Origin: Octopus sinensis
Taxonomy: Eukaryota
Direction of reading: 5' to 3'
Assembly: GCF_006345805.1 (NCBI RefSeq)
Contig: NW_021832829.1
Coordinates: 434,001-498,000 of the forward strand
DNA: 64,000 bases
Below the pieces are notes generated by a model. That model had not been told where the DNA came from and searched no databases. It was given only the letters and a program-made list of their open reading frames with translations. The position numbers and the translations under genes were made by a program. Below are positions 26,494 through 38,037 of this stretch, piece after piece. Position 1 is the first letter of the stretch; each line of letters starts with the position of its first letter.

Positions 26494-27941
26494 AATGTAA
26501 CACAAAAAACCAGAATGCAAATTGCGCTATTTATTAAGAATTAATAAATATTTAAAATAATGTATAAATAATTTAGAAAATTATTTGAAAAAATTATTTT
26601 CCAATACCAAATTTAATTTTATCACGATGATTAAATTTTAGAAATGATAACGTAAACAAAGTTTGATTAAGTGGCTGATTGGATAGTTGAGAGTCTAAGG
26701 GTCAGCTCACAACACCGCACTGAGTATTGAATGGCAGTTTCCGCAAAGCATAGGGACGAAGATTCGCTGAAAGAGTTTGCTCGTGTCCTTCCAGTTGTTT
26801 ATTTTTTAGGATATTCTCCTACCAATCTCAGTGAGGAGTTGAGTAGCTGCCTTGCAGTGATTCTTAAGGGTTTTAAGGCAAAAGGTTTTTAAACCAAAAT
26901 TAAAGCGTTCAAATACCCAGGTATCTCGTCCTCTTTAACTGAGCACTGGCTGAGCGCTGGTTGCGGCAAATCTTCAGTAGCGTCGTTGTCAAACATGAGT
27001 CGAAACAGGTGGCGTTCCAAACCAGAAAGTTGCCTTCCCTGAATGGAAAGATCATCATCTCGTTGGGACACTCATCGTCGCTCCGTACTTCGTTTCAGCC
27101 TTTTTGGACTATAGGAATCACGGGGAAATCAGGGCCAAGTTTAACTTTATATAATAGATTTCTTGAAAGTTTCTGGTTGAAGTTATTTATAAAGCCTAAA
27201 TGACCCTATAAGCCTTGAGGTCTCACCTCTATTAGTGTGAGGCTGTGATAGCTTTTTCATGCTATTAGCTGCATAGCCCGGATATTCCGCTTGCAAGATA
27301 TGTATGAAAAGAACTTATTTTAGCACGTACGTTACCACACAACCTCAATGGTTCGAGAATCAACAGGAAGCTCGTAAAATTGTGGGATCAGTTGGTAGCA
27401 AATTCAAGTCCAGTCTCAGTCCGGTTCTGATTAACTTTTAGCGTGCCAATAAGTTGACCTGTGCATTTTAACATCCCAAAAAACTTCTTTTTGTCTTTCC
27501 AATCGATGATGCCATACACTTTCAAACTCTCTTTTCAATTTCTTTGGATTTGTCGGCTGACGACTTGCAGGAATTTTGGGGAACCTCCCAATTCCTTCAG
27601 AGATGTCAAGAAAGAAGAATTGGGGTGAGTTCTGGACAGCAAAAAAAAATTGAACTATGCCGATTTTGTAAATTTTATTTTTAAAAAAATTTGAATTTTT
27701 TACCGGCTTGTGGAGATGAATGATACAGTTGTCATGCGAAAATTTGCAAAACTGAAGGACTATGAACTTCCCCGTACTGAAATGGAGTCAGTTGCCTTCC
27801 TTCAAGAGGTTGGAATCTTTCCTAAAGAAAAAAAATGTCAAAACAGACATTTTATGACCCTTCTCCAACAGCAGGAGAGTACAACATGGGTGTGCCATAA
27901 AAGTGGGTGTCGAACATATAGTTCAAGTGAGTCATTTAGAC

Positions 27942-28807
27942 CAGCGGTTCTCAAATGCGGCCCCCGGGGCCGCATGTGGCCCCCAGGATTTTTTTTGCGG
28001 CCCCTCTAGAGTAACTAACTTTTTTAATTTTTTAATAATGTTTAAATTTAATTATTCATTCTTAAGGTTAAACATATCCATAATTGGTGATTTCATTAAT
28101 CAATTTGAAGCACGTTTTGGGGTACATTTATATAAATTGGCACAGCGGCGAGGAGGGCAAAGACCCGGAAGAAAGACAAGTACGCCTCGCTCGCCGACAG
28201 ATTCCTCTTTGTGCCTGTTTCAGTCGAAACATCAGGCACATTCGGCCCAGCCACGCTACGTTTTCTCACCGAGAGAGGCCGTCACCTCGGGAGGATTAGA
28301 AACGACCCCCGCGAGGTCAATCGGCTTTTTGAGCGCGTCTCAATAGCCGTACTCAGGGGGAACAGTTTCTCTATTCTCTCTGCGGCTAGTAGCTGACTTC
28401 CTGTTCCATTTTCTTTTCTATTTCGAAATTAAAAAAAAAATTTATATAAATTTAATTTTTAGAATTTTAAAGAATTCCTTCCTTTAATGAGAATATTCTC
28501 AACTCCATTCAGCGTGGAAATTAAGGATGCGCCTGCAAAGTTTCAACTAGAACTCATTAATTTACAACATGATATAGAACTGGCGGCATTGTTCAAAAAT
28601 GCGTCCATTATTAATTTTTACGAATTAATTCCTCAAGACAAATTCAAAAATATAACACACAATGCATATATAAATCTACATATTTATGCGAATCAATATT
28701 TAGTAAAATGGAAAATATAAAAAAATATAAAATATTTTTTGTGCGGCCCGCGAAGCTAATCTTAATTATCGATTTGGCCCTTGAGCTAAAAAGGTTGAGA
28801 ACCCCTG
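27942..28807 (+). mobile_element. Non-autonomous hAT (Buster-type) element nested in the Merlin-like element
   Basis: TIRs CAGCGGTTCTCAA / TTGAGAACCCCTG; 8-bp TSD ATTTAGAC at 27934-27941 and 28808-28815 with central TA; transposase remnant FSTPFSVEIKDAPAKFQLELINLQ. Confidence 0.92.
28139..28440 (+). mobile_element. Severely 5'-truncated CRE retrocopy nested in the hAT element
   Basis: PVSVETSG...FERVSIAVLRGNSFSI; A10 tail; TSD ATTTATATAAATT at 28126-28138 and 28440-28452. Confidence 0.9.
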
Positions 28808-29316
28808 ATTTAGACAACTCCTTCGATGAGCTAATAGATGCCATCGTCAAATTTTGTCCGCCGAATATCACGCTTCGTACTACCAGCTGACCTTTTTTAT
28901 TGTAATAAAGATTTTTTCACTGAGGGATAAGCATCTTTATTAACCAACAACTGTATCTTTTTAGACAGGTGGTCGTTAATAGCTCAGATTTAATTTTGTC
29001 GGTATTGTTGTGACACCACTAAGCCGGTAAAAAATTCAAATTTTTTTAAAAATAAAATTTACAAAATCGGCATAGTTCAATTTTTTAAATTTTCGATCTA
29101 ATATTCATAAAAATTTTCATTAATTAATTTAGTGCCTATTTTCGTGATTCATGAAATGCAACAGTACCGATTTGGTACTTTAAGTTTTGATTTTTATTAG
29201 TTTTTCAATATTAGAAACAAATTTTTATCTGATAAAATGAATGCTCAATCATTTAATTTCGTAAAAATACATTTTTAACCACATCACAGGTAAAGCAAAA
29301 CAACATTTTCTTTTTC

Positions 29317-29322
<6 letters not shown>

Positions 29323-29350
<28 letters not shown>

Positions 29351-30010
29351 AGGCAAACTTATTGTTAATGAACGAAAAGAGTTAAAATGCGCAGCGAATC
29401 GACTGGCAATTCCCGCGCATGATGGCCAATGAGATCCTTTGAAAGAGTCTGATCGACTCGTTGGGATCTTTCGTGGCAACCACGAGCTTAGATCCAAGGC
29501 GACGGAGAAACGATAGCGTCTGCGGACCGATGACTCCAGAGGTTTCCACCGCGACTGCAGCGAATAGGTGATTCATGGCCAGGACCCGGTACTTCTTCTG
29601 TTTTGTTAGTTCCGCCTGCTTTGCAACTGAGCCCGGTTCCGCAGCGGAGGCAATTAGATTCTTGGCGGAGAAAGTGTCGGAGCAGGTGGCGTCCCAGATA
29701 AGGCATTTCCCCTTTTCAAACGGGAAGATTGTCATGCCATCCGGGCGCTTACCGTCGCCTCTGTCGAGCCCGACTGGTTCGAGCTCATTAGGAAACCCCG
29801 CCGTCGTTAGGGCACGGCTCACGGTGTCGTTGATGGCGGCGTGTCGTGGGAAACGTCCGGCACTACGTGAGCAGGAGAGGGGATGATGGCCATAAGGGTC
29901 CACTCTTAAACCGCAGCGGCACTGGTGTGTTTTGCAAATGGGAAGTCCGAGGCGGAGAGAGACGGAAATCCTTACACAGTCGTTGTCCATTAAGGTGCCG
30001 ATTGACGCCA
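29323..30010 (-). mobile_element. 5'-truncated CRE retrocopy with poly(A) tail; zinc knuckle and RLE endonuclease intact
   Basis: Poly-T at 29323-29350; ORF 29382-30011 with [28 protein letters not shown] and QRISLAIMRGN. Confidence 0.92.
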
Positions 30011-30306
30011 TATTTTTTGTATTATAATCAAAATAATAATTACTTATTTTGTCACGTGATATCTAATCTAATAAACCTGATAAGATAAGTTTTATACAAA
30101 TTATTATAAACATAGTTTTATCGTAAAAAAATATTTTTATAAAAATCACAGGATCTTTTCATAACCTCACTCTCGAAATATTGATTGTAGGGTCCATATG
30201 TTTCCTACACGTGGATTAAATTGATTATTTTATCTCTTGATTTTTAAAATTCTTGGGACGAAAATTAGTCGATACGTCAATGAAATCGCGATTGTCAGTT
30301 ATACAT

Positions 30307-32127
30307 ATGTTTAGTTTAAACATCGCTGTATATTTTATTTATATATGCTCATTGAAAAAATAGTTTTTTTAGGTGAATTATTATTTACTTTACTTTAGTA
30401 TTTTGTTTCAGAATATGCATAAATATGGCAGAAAATGCCTTGTTTGATGCTTTGATCGTCCAAAGTCAATATAATCGAAATGCACGACCACTGGAAAACA
30501 ACTCATTTGACAAACCAGTCGACGTTCGATTAGGATTAAGACTAATTCAGATCACCGACGTGGTGAGAATTCGGTTTATATTTTAGGACGAAAAACGTCA
30601 AATCCTCACGTCTACTCTTCGAATATATCACGTTTTTATTTAAAACTACTTTTTAAGCGTTGGACAGATCCAAGGTTGGTGTGGAATCCAAAAGAATACG
30701 AAAACATCAAGTTAATGCACATTCCTTCTCGTCTCCTATGGGTTCCGGATATTGGACTTTACAATAAGTTATCCATATTTGTTACGCAACAGTGCCGATG
30801 GAAATTATGAAATCCCATTAAAAACGAACACTCAGGTGTATTTCAACGGAACAATCATATGGGAACCTGCTGCGATCTACAAAAGTTCATGTCCTATCAA
30901 CGTTGAGTTTTTCCCTTTCGACATTCAAGAATGTTACTGGAAATTCGGCTCCTGGACTTACGACGGATCAAAGATAAATCTGATTCACAAAGAAAATAAT
31001 CTCTCTAAAAAAGAAACAGACGAACATGGAATCGATTTGACAGAATTCTACCCGAATATCGAATGGGAAGTACTTTCAGTGACAGCAGAGAAGAAAGTCA
31101 AGTTCTACGAGTGCTGTATCGAGCCATATATCGATATATTTTTCTACATCACAATAAGGAGAAAAACAGTGTTTTATCTCGTCAACTTTCTCTTTCCGTG
31201 TGTTTGCATTTCCTTTCTTACGATCCTTGTATTTTATCTCCCTGCCGGATCAGGAGAAAAGATAACTCTGAGTATTTCGATTCTTTTGTCCTTGGCTGTG
31301 TTCATCCTTCTTTTGGCTGATATTGTGCCCCCGACCTCCCTTGTGATCCCTCTCATTGGCAAATATCTTTTGTTTACTGTTATTTTGGTGACACTTTCCG
31401 TCATTTTGACAGTGATTGTGCTCAACGTTCACTTCCGGTCGTGTTCTACACATCGAATGCCTATTTGGGTCAAACTACTTTTTTTGTGGGTGTTGCCCTC
31501 GTTGCTTAGAATGCAGAAACTTTATGGATCATTTGAATCAAGCAATAACGACAAAGGATTTGTGAGATTTCTCTACAAATTTCAACAAAAACGAAACAAG
31601 CTTATAAAGGCATTAAAAAAGTGGTATTATATCAAAAAAGACTCCATAATTGGGAAGAGACCGGCAAGTCCTGTCAGGACTACAACTCCGACGGGAGTCG
31701 AAACAGAAGCATCGTTGAATTTAAGGAACGACAGTGTTGAACACCTCAATATTTGCATTCGACATAAGATCGATCAAAAGACTAGATACTCAGAATCCAT
31801 TCGGAGATCAATTGGTTATGAAAATCAATTTAAACAAAACGAAGAAAAAGAAACGAAAAATCGAATTTTGGGAAATTTGCTGAGTGAATCAATTCAAAGT
31901 TGTATCGAAGCAGTCAGATTTATCTCAGATATAATGAAGGAAGAAGAGGCAAAGAGTTGTGTATGATTACTTTTTAAACTTTTTAGTCCATGTCAGATTG
32001 GCAATTTGTCGCTATGGTTTTAGACAGGCTGTTTTTGTGGATTTTTTTTGTAGCGATTTTGATTGGATTTTATACAATTGTCCTTTCTGCGCCAACCTTA
32101 GTTGACCGTAGAGCTGCAATTGCTTAA
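30307..32127 (+). CDS. Nicotinic acetylcholine receptor alpha subunit (start codon uncertain)
   Basis: YNRNARP, DVDEKRQIL, WVPDIGLYNN, Cys-loop CPINVEFFPFDIQEC, GSWTYDG, vicinal cysteines YECCIEPY, four TM helices and DWQFVAMVLDRLFLW; introns 30563-30586 (24), 30632-30657 (26), 30768-30792 (25), 31961-31986 (26); stop 32125-32127. Confidence 0.95.
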
Positions 32128-32186
32128 ATGCTATTTTATGTGTACTAACCATTTTAAAAATGCTATTTCAATTTAATACATAAACG

Positions 32187-32613
32187 AAAAAACGTTAGTT
32201 AATCCTTGTTGTCTTTGTCCACGATGAGTCAACAAAACCTCACTCATTAAGGAGCATTACGGTTTAATACCATTTTGAGAATCAAACTTTTCCCATTTGA
32301 GTCAGATGGGTCATGGTTTTATATAACAAAACACCAACAACAAGCGCCCGCGAATCCACAGACCCGTAGGTTACTGAGTTTTCGCTTACACCAGTCGCAC
32401 AAAGAGAATTGTTCATTAGATAACAAGAAAGTTAATTATTCTTACTAGAGCCATATCCGAAATTATTGAGTCCTTGTCTCATCAGTTTTCTTTTAGCTGT
32501 TGGCGGCTGTAACGACGCCAGGAAGCTCGTGACGTCCCATCCATAAGTCCATATATGTCATGACGGCGTCACTTGTCAAACCCAATCGGAGCATCCGGGA
32601 CAGGCAAGGAGAT
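32187..32613 (-). ncRNA. Candidate structured non-coding RNA gene with a Pol III type-3-like layout; identity unknown
   Basis: TATATAAAA 29 nt upstream of a purine start; 5' TCCTTG..TGTCC pairs with 3' GGACA..CAAGGA; several internal helices; T6 run at the 3' end; GC-richer than flanks; no ORF of 60 aa or more. Confidence 0.55.
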
Positions 32614-32633
32614 TATTACCAGACCACTCATGC

Positions 32634-32642
32634 TTTTATATA
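32634..32642 (-). promoter_or_regulatory. TATA box of the candidate RNA gene
   Basis: CCTTATATAAAAGC on the minus strand, at U6-like spacing from the start of the terminal stem. Confidence 0.45.
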
Positions 32643-32727
32643 AGGCGACAAAAATACTGAACGTTGCTATTATCAAAAAGTAAAAATTTAATAACAAATT
32701 AGTAAATTAATTAGAGTGGAAAATATC

Positions 32728-32991
32728 TTATCGAGATAATATTGAATCCAGCTTCCTCCTCTTTGTTTCCGATCCGCCTCCTCCTGCCAGACTCATGTGT
32801 CGGGATAAGACGTTCATGTGCTTGGCAGGTTCCACTAATGTCTCATGGTGGGTACTTTCTCCATTCATTCGCTCATTGATTGCCCTAACATCCATTCCAA
32901 TACTTGTTACGTTATTCGCCCTCGTAGCTGAGAGTATGTATTCCGGACGCATGCCCTCTAATGTCTTTCTAATCACGATCGTTTGGACATA
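32728..32991 (-). pseudogene. Small NLS-bearing protein gene, related to 62379-62678, with its 5' part interrupted by a Tc1 insertion
   Basis: YVQTIVIRKTLEGM...EYILSAT...TKRRKL resembles YIQGLVMKKTLEAI...EEFITAT...PKRRKI; the Tc1 end lies at the TA of the Tyr codon (32990-32991). Confidence 0.5.
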
Positions 32992-33974
32992 CAGTGGGCC
33001 CAAAAAGTCATGGCACCACTTAATAAATTTCAGTATTTACGTTTTTACCCATAAAATGAAGTATTTTGACTTTTAATTATTTTTTTTGAAAAATTAAAAA
33101 GATTCTGATTTAGAAAATAATTTTAAATCCTTAAAATATTGATAATTGACAAAGAAAAAACAATTTTTTTTAATTTTTAGCGTTATTGAAGGGTCAAAAA
33201 GTGTTGGCACTTTTATATCTACAGTTTTAGTTTAAGTGCATATGATAAGAGAATGTCATTTTGTCAGATTATTTCTTTTAAGTTTTCTTCACAAAAGCTT
33301 TGTTATCACTTAATAACGCATTATCAATATTGATATTACAAAAACAGCCGTTTTTAGCACTACTTTATGGGAAATCGAAAGGAATATTCTTTTGAGCTAA
33401 AACAGATGATTGTCAAGTCCCACCAAGAAAAAAAAGTTACAAGCAAATTTCCAGACAATTTAATATTCCGAAAAGCTCAGTAAGGAATAAAATAGTCCGT
33501 TGGAAAGAACGAGGAAATGTTTGCAATAAATCGAGGTCTGATGCACCTAAAAAGATATCGAGCCGTTCTTTTTCAATGATAAAAAGAAGTGTGGCAAATA
33601 ATCTCAGAATTATTAGAAGCAAGCTGGTAGATGATTTAGAGACCGTGGGATAAAAGTTGGTTTATCTACGATAACTAATACATTGCGCAAACAAGGAATT
33701 CATAAAAGGGGGGCACGACATATTCTTTTACTAAGAAAAGTCCATATATCAGCGCGACTAAAATTCTCAGAATATTTTAAATAAAGATTTAAAATATATA
33801 ATGAACATATTATGGTCAGATGAAACCAAAATGGAACTTTTTGGCCTCAATTATAACAAATACACCCCTCGTCACCGAAAACCGGACAAGCCATTTTTTA
33901 TGATTTTATAATTAAATACGAAAAATCAAAAACTTACGCTTAATATTTTTACTTTTTTTTATTGTTTTTACTAT

Positions 33975-35530
33975 TTGATAATAACTACAAGTTAATTAAT
34001 TAAAAGCTTCATGGGCGGGAAGCCGACGCGATCGAGAAAGAATTAGAGCGTACTATCGCAAGGGATATCCGCTCGAAAAACCATCTCGATTCGCGGGCGT
34101 CGCCTGTGATAGCAGACATGCGAGACCCGATCTCCTGAACGAAGCTGATTGCCTTACTGCCCAAGGAACCGGAAGTCTCAACCGCGAATGGAAGGAATTG
34201 GAACTTCTTCGTAAGTGAGGAGTACTTCCGCATCTTTTTGCATTCCGCGGTTGTGACAATAGATCACCAGGAGCGGAGGCGGACATCAGCAGGTTCTGAG
34301 GCGAGAAAGAGTCCACACACGTGGCATCCCAGGTGAGAGGCTTCCCCCTGTTGAAAGGAAACACAGTTATCCCGTCAGGCCTTTTTCCGTCCCCCCGATC
34401 GATCCCAGAGGGTTCAAGCAGGGAGGGGATTCCGGCGACTTCCAGGGCTCTCCTGATAAGGTCGTTAAGAGCGGCATGACGCGGGATGCGACCAGCACTG
34501 CGTCTACACGATAGAGCGTGCAATCCAAAGCGACAGATTTTCGCGCCACAGCGGCAGACATGTGGCTCACATAGGCGAAGACCGAGACGTAAACAAATTC
34601 CAGTGCGTACGGACTCGCTGTCCAGAAGGTTCCCAATGCTCGGCAGTGGAGTGGCATTTAGCCAGGCTCCGCTGTGAGGGCGACATGCCGTCTCAAAGCA
34701 GGCCAAGCGGTGTTGGTAGAGAGATTTACGTAAAGATTGGATTCGGGATTGTAGGCGGACTTCGTCCCAAACAAATTGCTTATACTGATCCTCTGGGATT
34801 TCCAGTCCTAGCGAGTGCCACTTTAGGACCGCCGATGATAACTCAGAGTGCACGTAATGTTCAAAATCGGTTAGTAGAACCGTGCCCATGAGTTTCTGGC
34901 ATGAAGAAAGTGACGACAGGTAGGCAGGCAGTGCAACATCATTCGGGCACCAAATTCCAAGGCCTCCGTGGCGTATGGGAGTGAAGCTTGACTCCACCCC
35001 AAAGAGTCGAACTCGACATTGCATATTGAATCGATCTTCGAACGAAGGGAGTCGCCGAGATCAGTGAGAATGTCCTCATGTAGGTAACAAGGTGCACTTC
35101 TGAGGGAGTAGAGTAATTTAGGCAGGGCGAAGAAGTTTCTCGCAAGAAACAGGCCGACGTGGCTGTCCAAAAACGTGAGGCGGTCCAGCAAAATAGTTAG
35201 CGTGGAATGTTTAGTAAGAAGATCAGTCTTAATAGCGGTCGGCAGGATGGGGGATCCGAGGATCCGGAGATCATTTACATCAGTCGTGCGCACTTGACCA
35301 AGACCAGTGCGGAGGGACGATGATAGGTCGTCAAGGCGTTTATCAGGAATGTTGAGACCGACTAATTCTGATTTGGTGGGGTTAATCTCCAATCCAATCC
35401 TCAGAAGTGCAGGTGCCAACGATAAAGTGTCTCTTAAAATCGTCTCTGGGGAGCCGCCAATAGTGGCATCGTCCAGATACCAAATATTCAGTTCGGAAGA
35501 AACCGACCGAGCTATTCCATTTATTCCCAA
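33975..35530 (-). mobile_element. CRE-clade retrotransposon 3' half nested within Tc1
   Basis: [35 protein letters not shown] and FERISLAIVRSN; its 3' end is nearly identical to 46504-46712. Confidence 0.9.
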
Positions 35531-35861
35531 TTGTATGTGGTTTTTTGGCTTTTGCGATCCGATATGAAATCATGTAAGAGAGTTTTGATAGTAAAAAATT
35601 AATGTCAAAATTGAAAGAATCGTCTATTTTCCGAATATTATCTTTTTTGTTCTTAAAAAAGTCATTTGGTTTTCCGATAGTTTCGAAATGATTAGAAACT
35701 TGATGCCGAGAAAGTAATGAAGGTTTCATGGATTCAGGGCAAAGAATCTTTTGGCAAATAATACACTGCGGATGTGGCACACCGTTTTTAATCACAAAAT
35801 AAAATCCATAGTTGAGATAACTATCGTTGTATTTTCGAATCTTGTTAACAGGTAAACTCAT
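35531..35861 (-). mobile_element. hAT Buster (ZBED5/SCAND3-type) transposase N-terminal fragment
   Basis: RKYNDSYLNYGF..PQCIICQKIL..SMKPSLLSRH BED finger; SYMISYRIAKAKKPHTIG. Confidence 0.85.
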
Positions 35862-35899
35862 AAGAAAAACTAGTAGCGTGGAGATTTATTTTATTATTA

Positions 35900-36325
35900 T
35901 TATTATAAAGCACTTTCGGAAAAGTCATAAGTTAATTAAGCTTTCCTTGTGCCACCATTGAAATTCTCCCGGTCATGCGTCTCCAGGCTCTCCGGTCAGT
36001 TGCGATCGTCCTGAGTGAGTCGAGATCATCGCCATTTTTCAGTTTTTTTATTAATTCCAGCTAGATCTTCATTTAGCGTGGTAGCCAGAGTGACCCTGGG
36101 TCTTCCACGGAAGTCTCCTTTGGAATGGGCAAAGTAGTTTTCCATCGCGATATTCGGCGGAGTGAGGCTGTCAAGTCTTAATATGTGTCCAAGAGTCGCC
36201 ATCTGGACTCCAGGATGTCCATAGAGATCGGTCTCGAATTGCATCTTTTATAGGGTGGAATTTGCTATTTTCCTTGAGAATTGCATGTTTATCACTCTTC
36301 TCAGTTGGTTCCGATGAAATCGGTC
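35900..36325 (-). mobile_element. RTE-like LINE 3' fragment
   Basis: FHRNQLRRV, LGHILRL, RGRPRVTL and AQDDR-like tail; same type as 3785-4245. Confidence 0.7.
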
Positions 36326-38037
36326 CAAAGTCAAAATGACATTCCAATTTTTGATTAAAGTTTTCACAAAATTTGTGATCCAATTCGGAATTCCAGACTG
36401 ATCAAGCACTTGACATAAGAATTCATGATTGACAGAATCAAATGCCTTTCTGACATCGATCCACGTTGCAAATAAGTTATTTCCATACTCACTATTGACA
36501 CACTGGTTTATTAGTGCTTGTTCCTTTGCGCCTTGGCATTGCCTTCTAGCTCCCAGCTGATTATCCGAGATAAGGTTAAACGCTTCGATATAGTCTGTAA
36601 GCTTTGTATTCACACATTTAGTGACAAGTTTGTACAATATAGGCATGCAGGTAATCGGCCTTAAGTCATTTGGGGAATGGCACTTTTCATTTTTTGGAAT
36701 GAGGTATGTTACTCCTGTGTAAAACCACTCAGCAGGGGAATAGCCTCCGTTCACAATTTTAAGGATCTCATCGCACAAATGGCCATGAAGAGCTTCGAAC
36801 TTTTTGATAAAAAATCCATAAACTCCGTCACAACCCGCGGCTTTCCAATTGGGTACACACTGGATAACATTCTTGATAAAATCAGTTTTCACGTCACTTG
36901 GAAGCTGTTCAGCTCCAGTAATATGCTTACCAACAATAGCTTTAGGAGCACGGTTCTCCTCTTTCTTCCATACGCCCTCCAGAAAGATAGACACTTATCT
37001 TCTGGGACTTGACAATCAGAATCTTTGTTTTCACAGTTCAGTCTTCGATAGAATCTTCTCCTGTTTAGTTCAAAACAGAAATTATCTTGTCTAAACGACT
37101 TTCTGGAGCGATAGGTTGAGATTTTTTTCTCCATAATTTTGACTCTATCTTCAATAAGACTAGATACGCGTGCCAGCTCTCCCTTTCTGGATTTTTGTAT
37201 CCAAACGAGCATAAAATGTTCAGTGTCTTCTCTTTTTCGTCTTTAGATTGCTGGCCATTAAACTTATTAACGAAAGTTAGATTTTCTCTAAGTTTGGAAA
37301 TCTTTCTTTCCGTATCCTCAAGCCATGTGCTTTTTGTTAGGGGTTGCCTCGTAATGTTTTCATATGAGCATTGCCCGGCATAAATTATATCCGTGATTTC
37401 ATTTATGCTTGCAGGCGGAGAAGATAATATATATTCGAAATCACTGCATTAATTGCGACAAGAACATCAGTCTTTAGCAATTTATACGGAATCTTCTTTG
37501 TGGGCATTCTCGCATTTCGTGGGATTGATTTAAGTTCCTGAATTTGGAGATTAAACTCTTCCTTGCATTTACCATAAATGGAGATTTCTGTCTTTGGCAA
37601 TAAGTAATCTGAGGTATCCACATTATTTCGACTGCCACAGCCATTAGAGCAGGGCTTTACATTCAGTAAGTTTTTCACATCAGAGACACTCTTTTGAGTG
37701 AGAAAGCGGACGTTGAAACATTCGGCAATAAGTCTCCATCCTCCACGAGGAATTCTGCCAAATCGTCTCTTCGCTGACTCCACAACACAGAAATCCATTT
37801 GACTTTGTCGTTAGAGTGTTCCTCACCGATCACCGATTTAAGAGGGATTAGATGGGGTGAGACATGTTCGGTAGGGGAGTTTCCACAAATTTCATGGGGA
37901 TCATGTAGCCCCGAAGACTTGCTTCTTACCAATAGTTGTTGGTTATCTCTAATATCTTTTGTAAGAGAGCCCTCAGGATTTGCTTGCAGACTGGTGAAAA
38001 CAGACATACACGACACCACAAGAAATTTTTTTTTCAC
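36326..38037 (-). mobile_element. R4/Dong-like non-LTR retrotransposon 5' half (RT N-terminal part), frameshifted
   Basis: FELNRRRFYR, PNWKAAGCDGV, RPITCMPILYK, NQLG..QCQGAKEQALIN and WIDVRKAFDSVNH. Confidence 0.85.

Larger units (their letters stand above)
27644..29086 (+). mobile_element. Internally deleted Merlin/ISXO2-like DNA transposon with ~66-bp perfect inverted repeats
   Basis: Inverted repeat 27644-27709 / 29021-29086; N-terminus ..AFLQEVGIFPKEKKCQNRHFM..WVCHKSGC and C-terminus DNSFDELIDAIVKFCPP resemble Merlin transposase ends; exact termini and TSD ambiguous. Confidence 0.7.

Noticed and set aside
26690-27640. Moderately GC-rich stretch with an RYLGI remnant on the minus strand
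   Set aside because: Probably a decayed retroelement, but one motif is too little to classify
32478-32485. CTGATGAG on the minus strand, resembling a hammerhead ribozyme core
   Set aside because: No stem II closing onto a nearby GAAA and no matching stems I/III
32519-32596. Plus-strand GGAAGCTCG and ACCCAATCGGAGC as possible RNase P/MRP CR-I and CR-V
   Set aside because: Only ~60 nt apart, too close for the P/MRP core, and opposite to the TATA/T-run orientation
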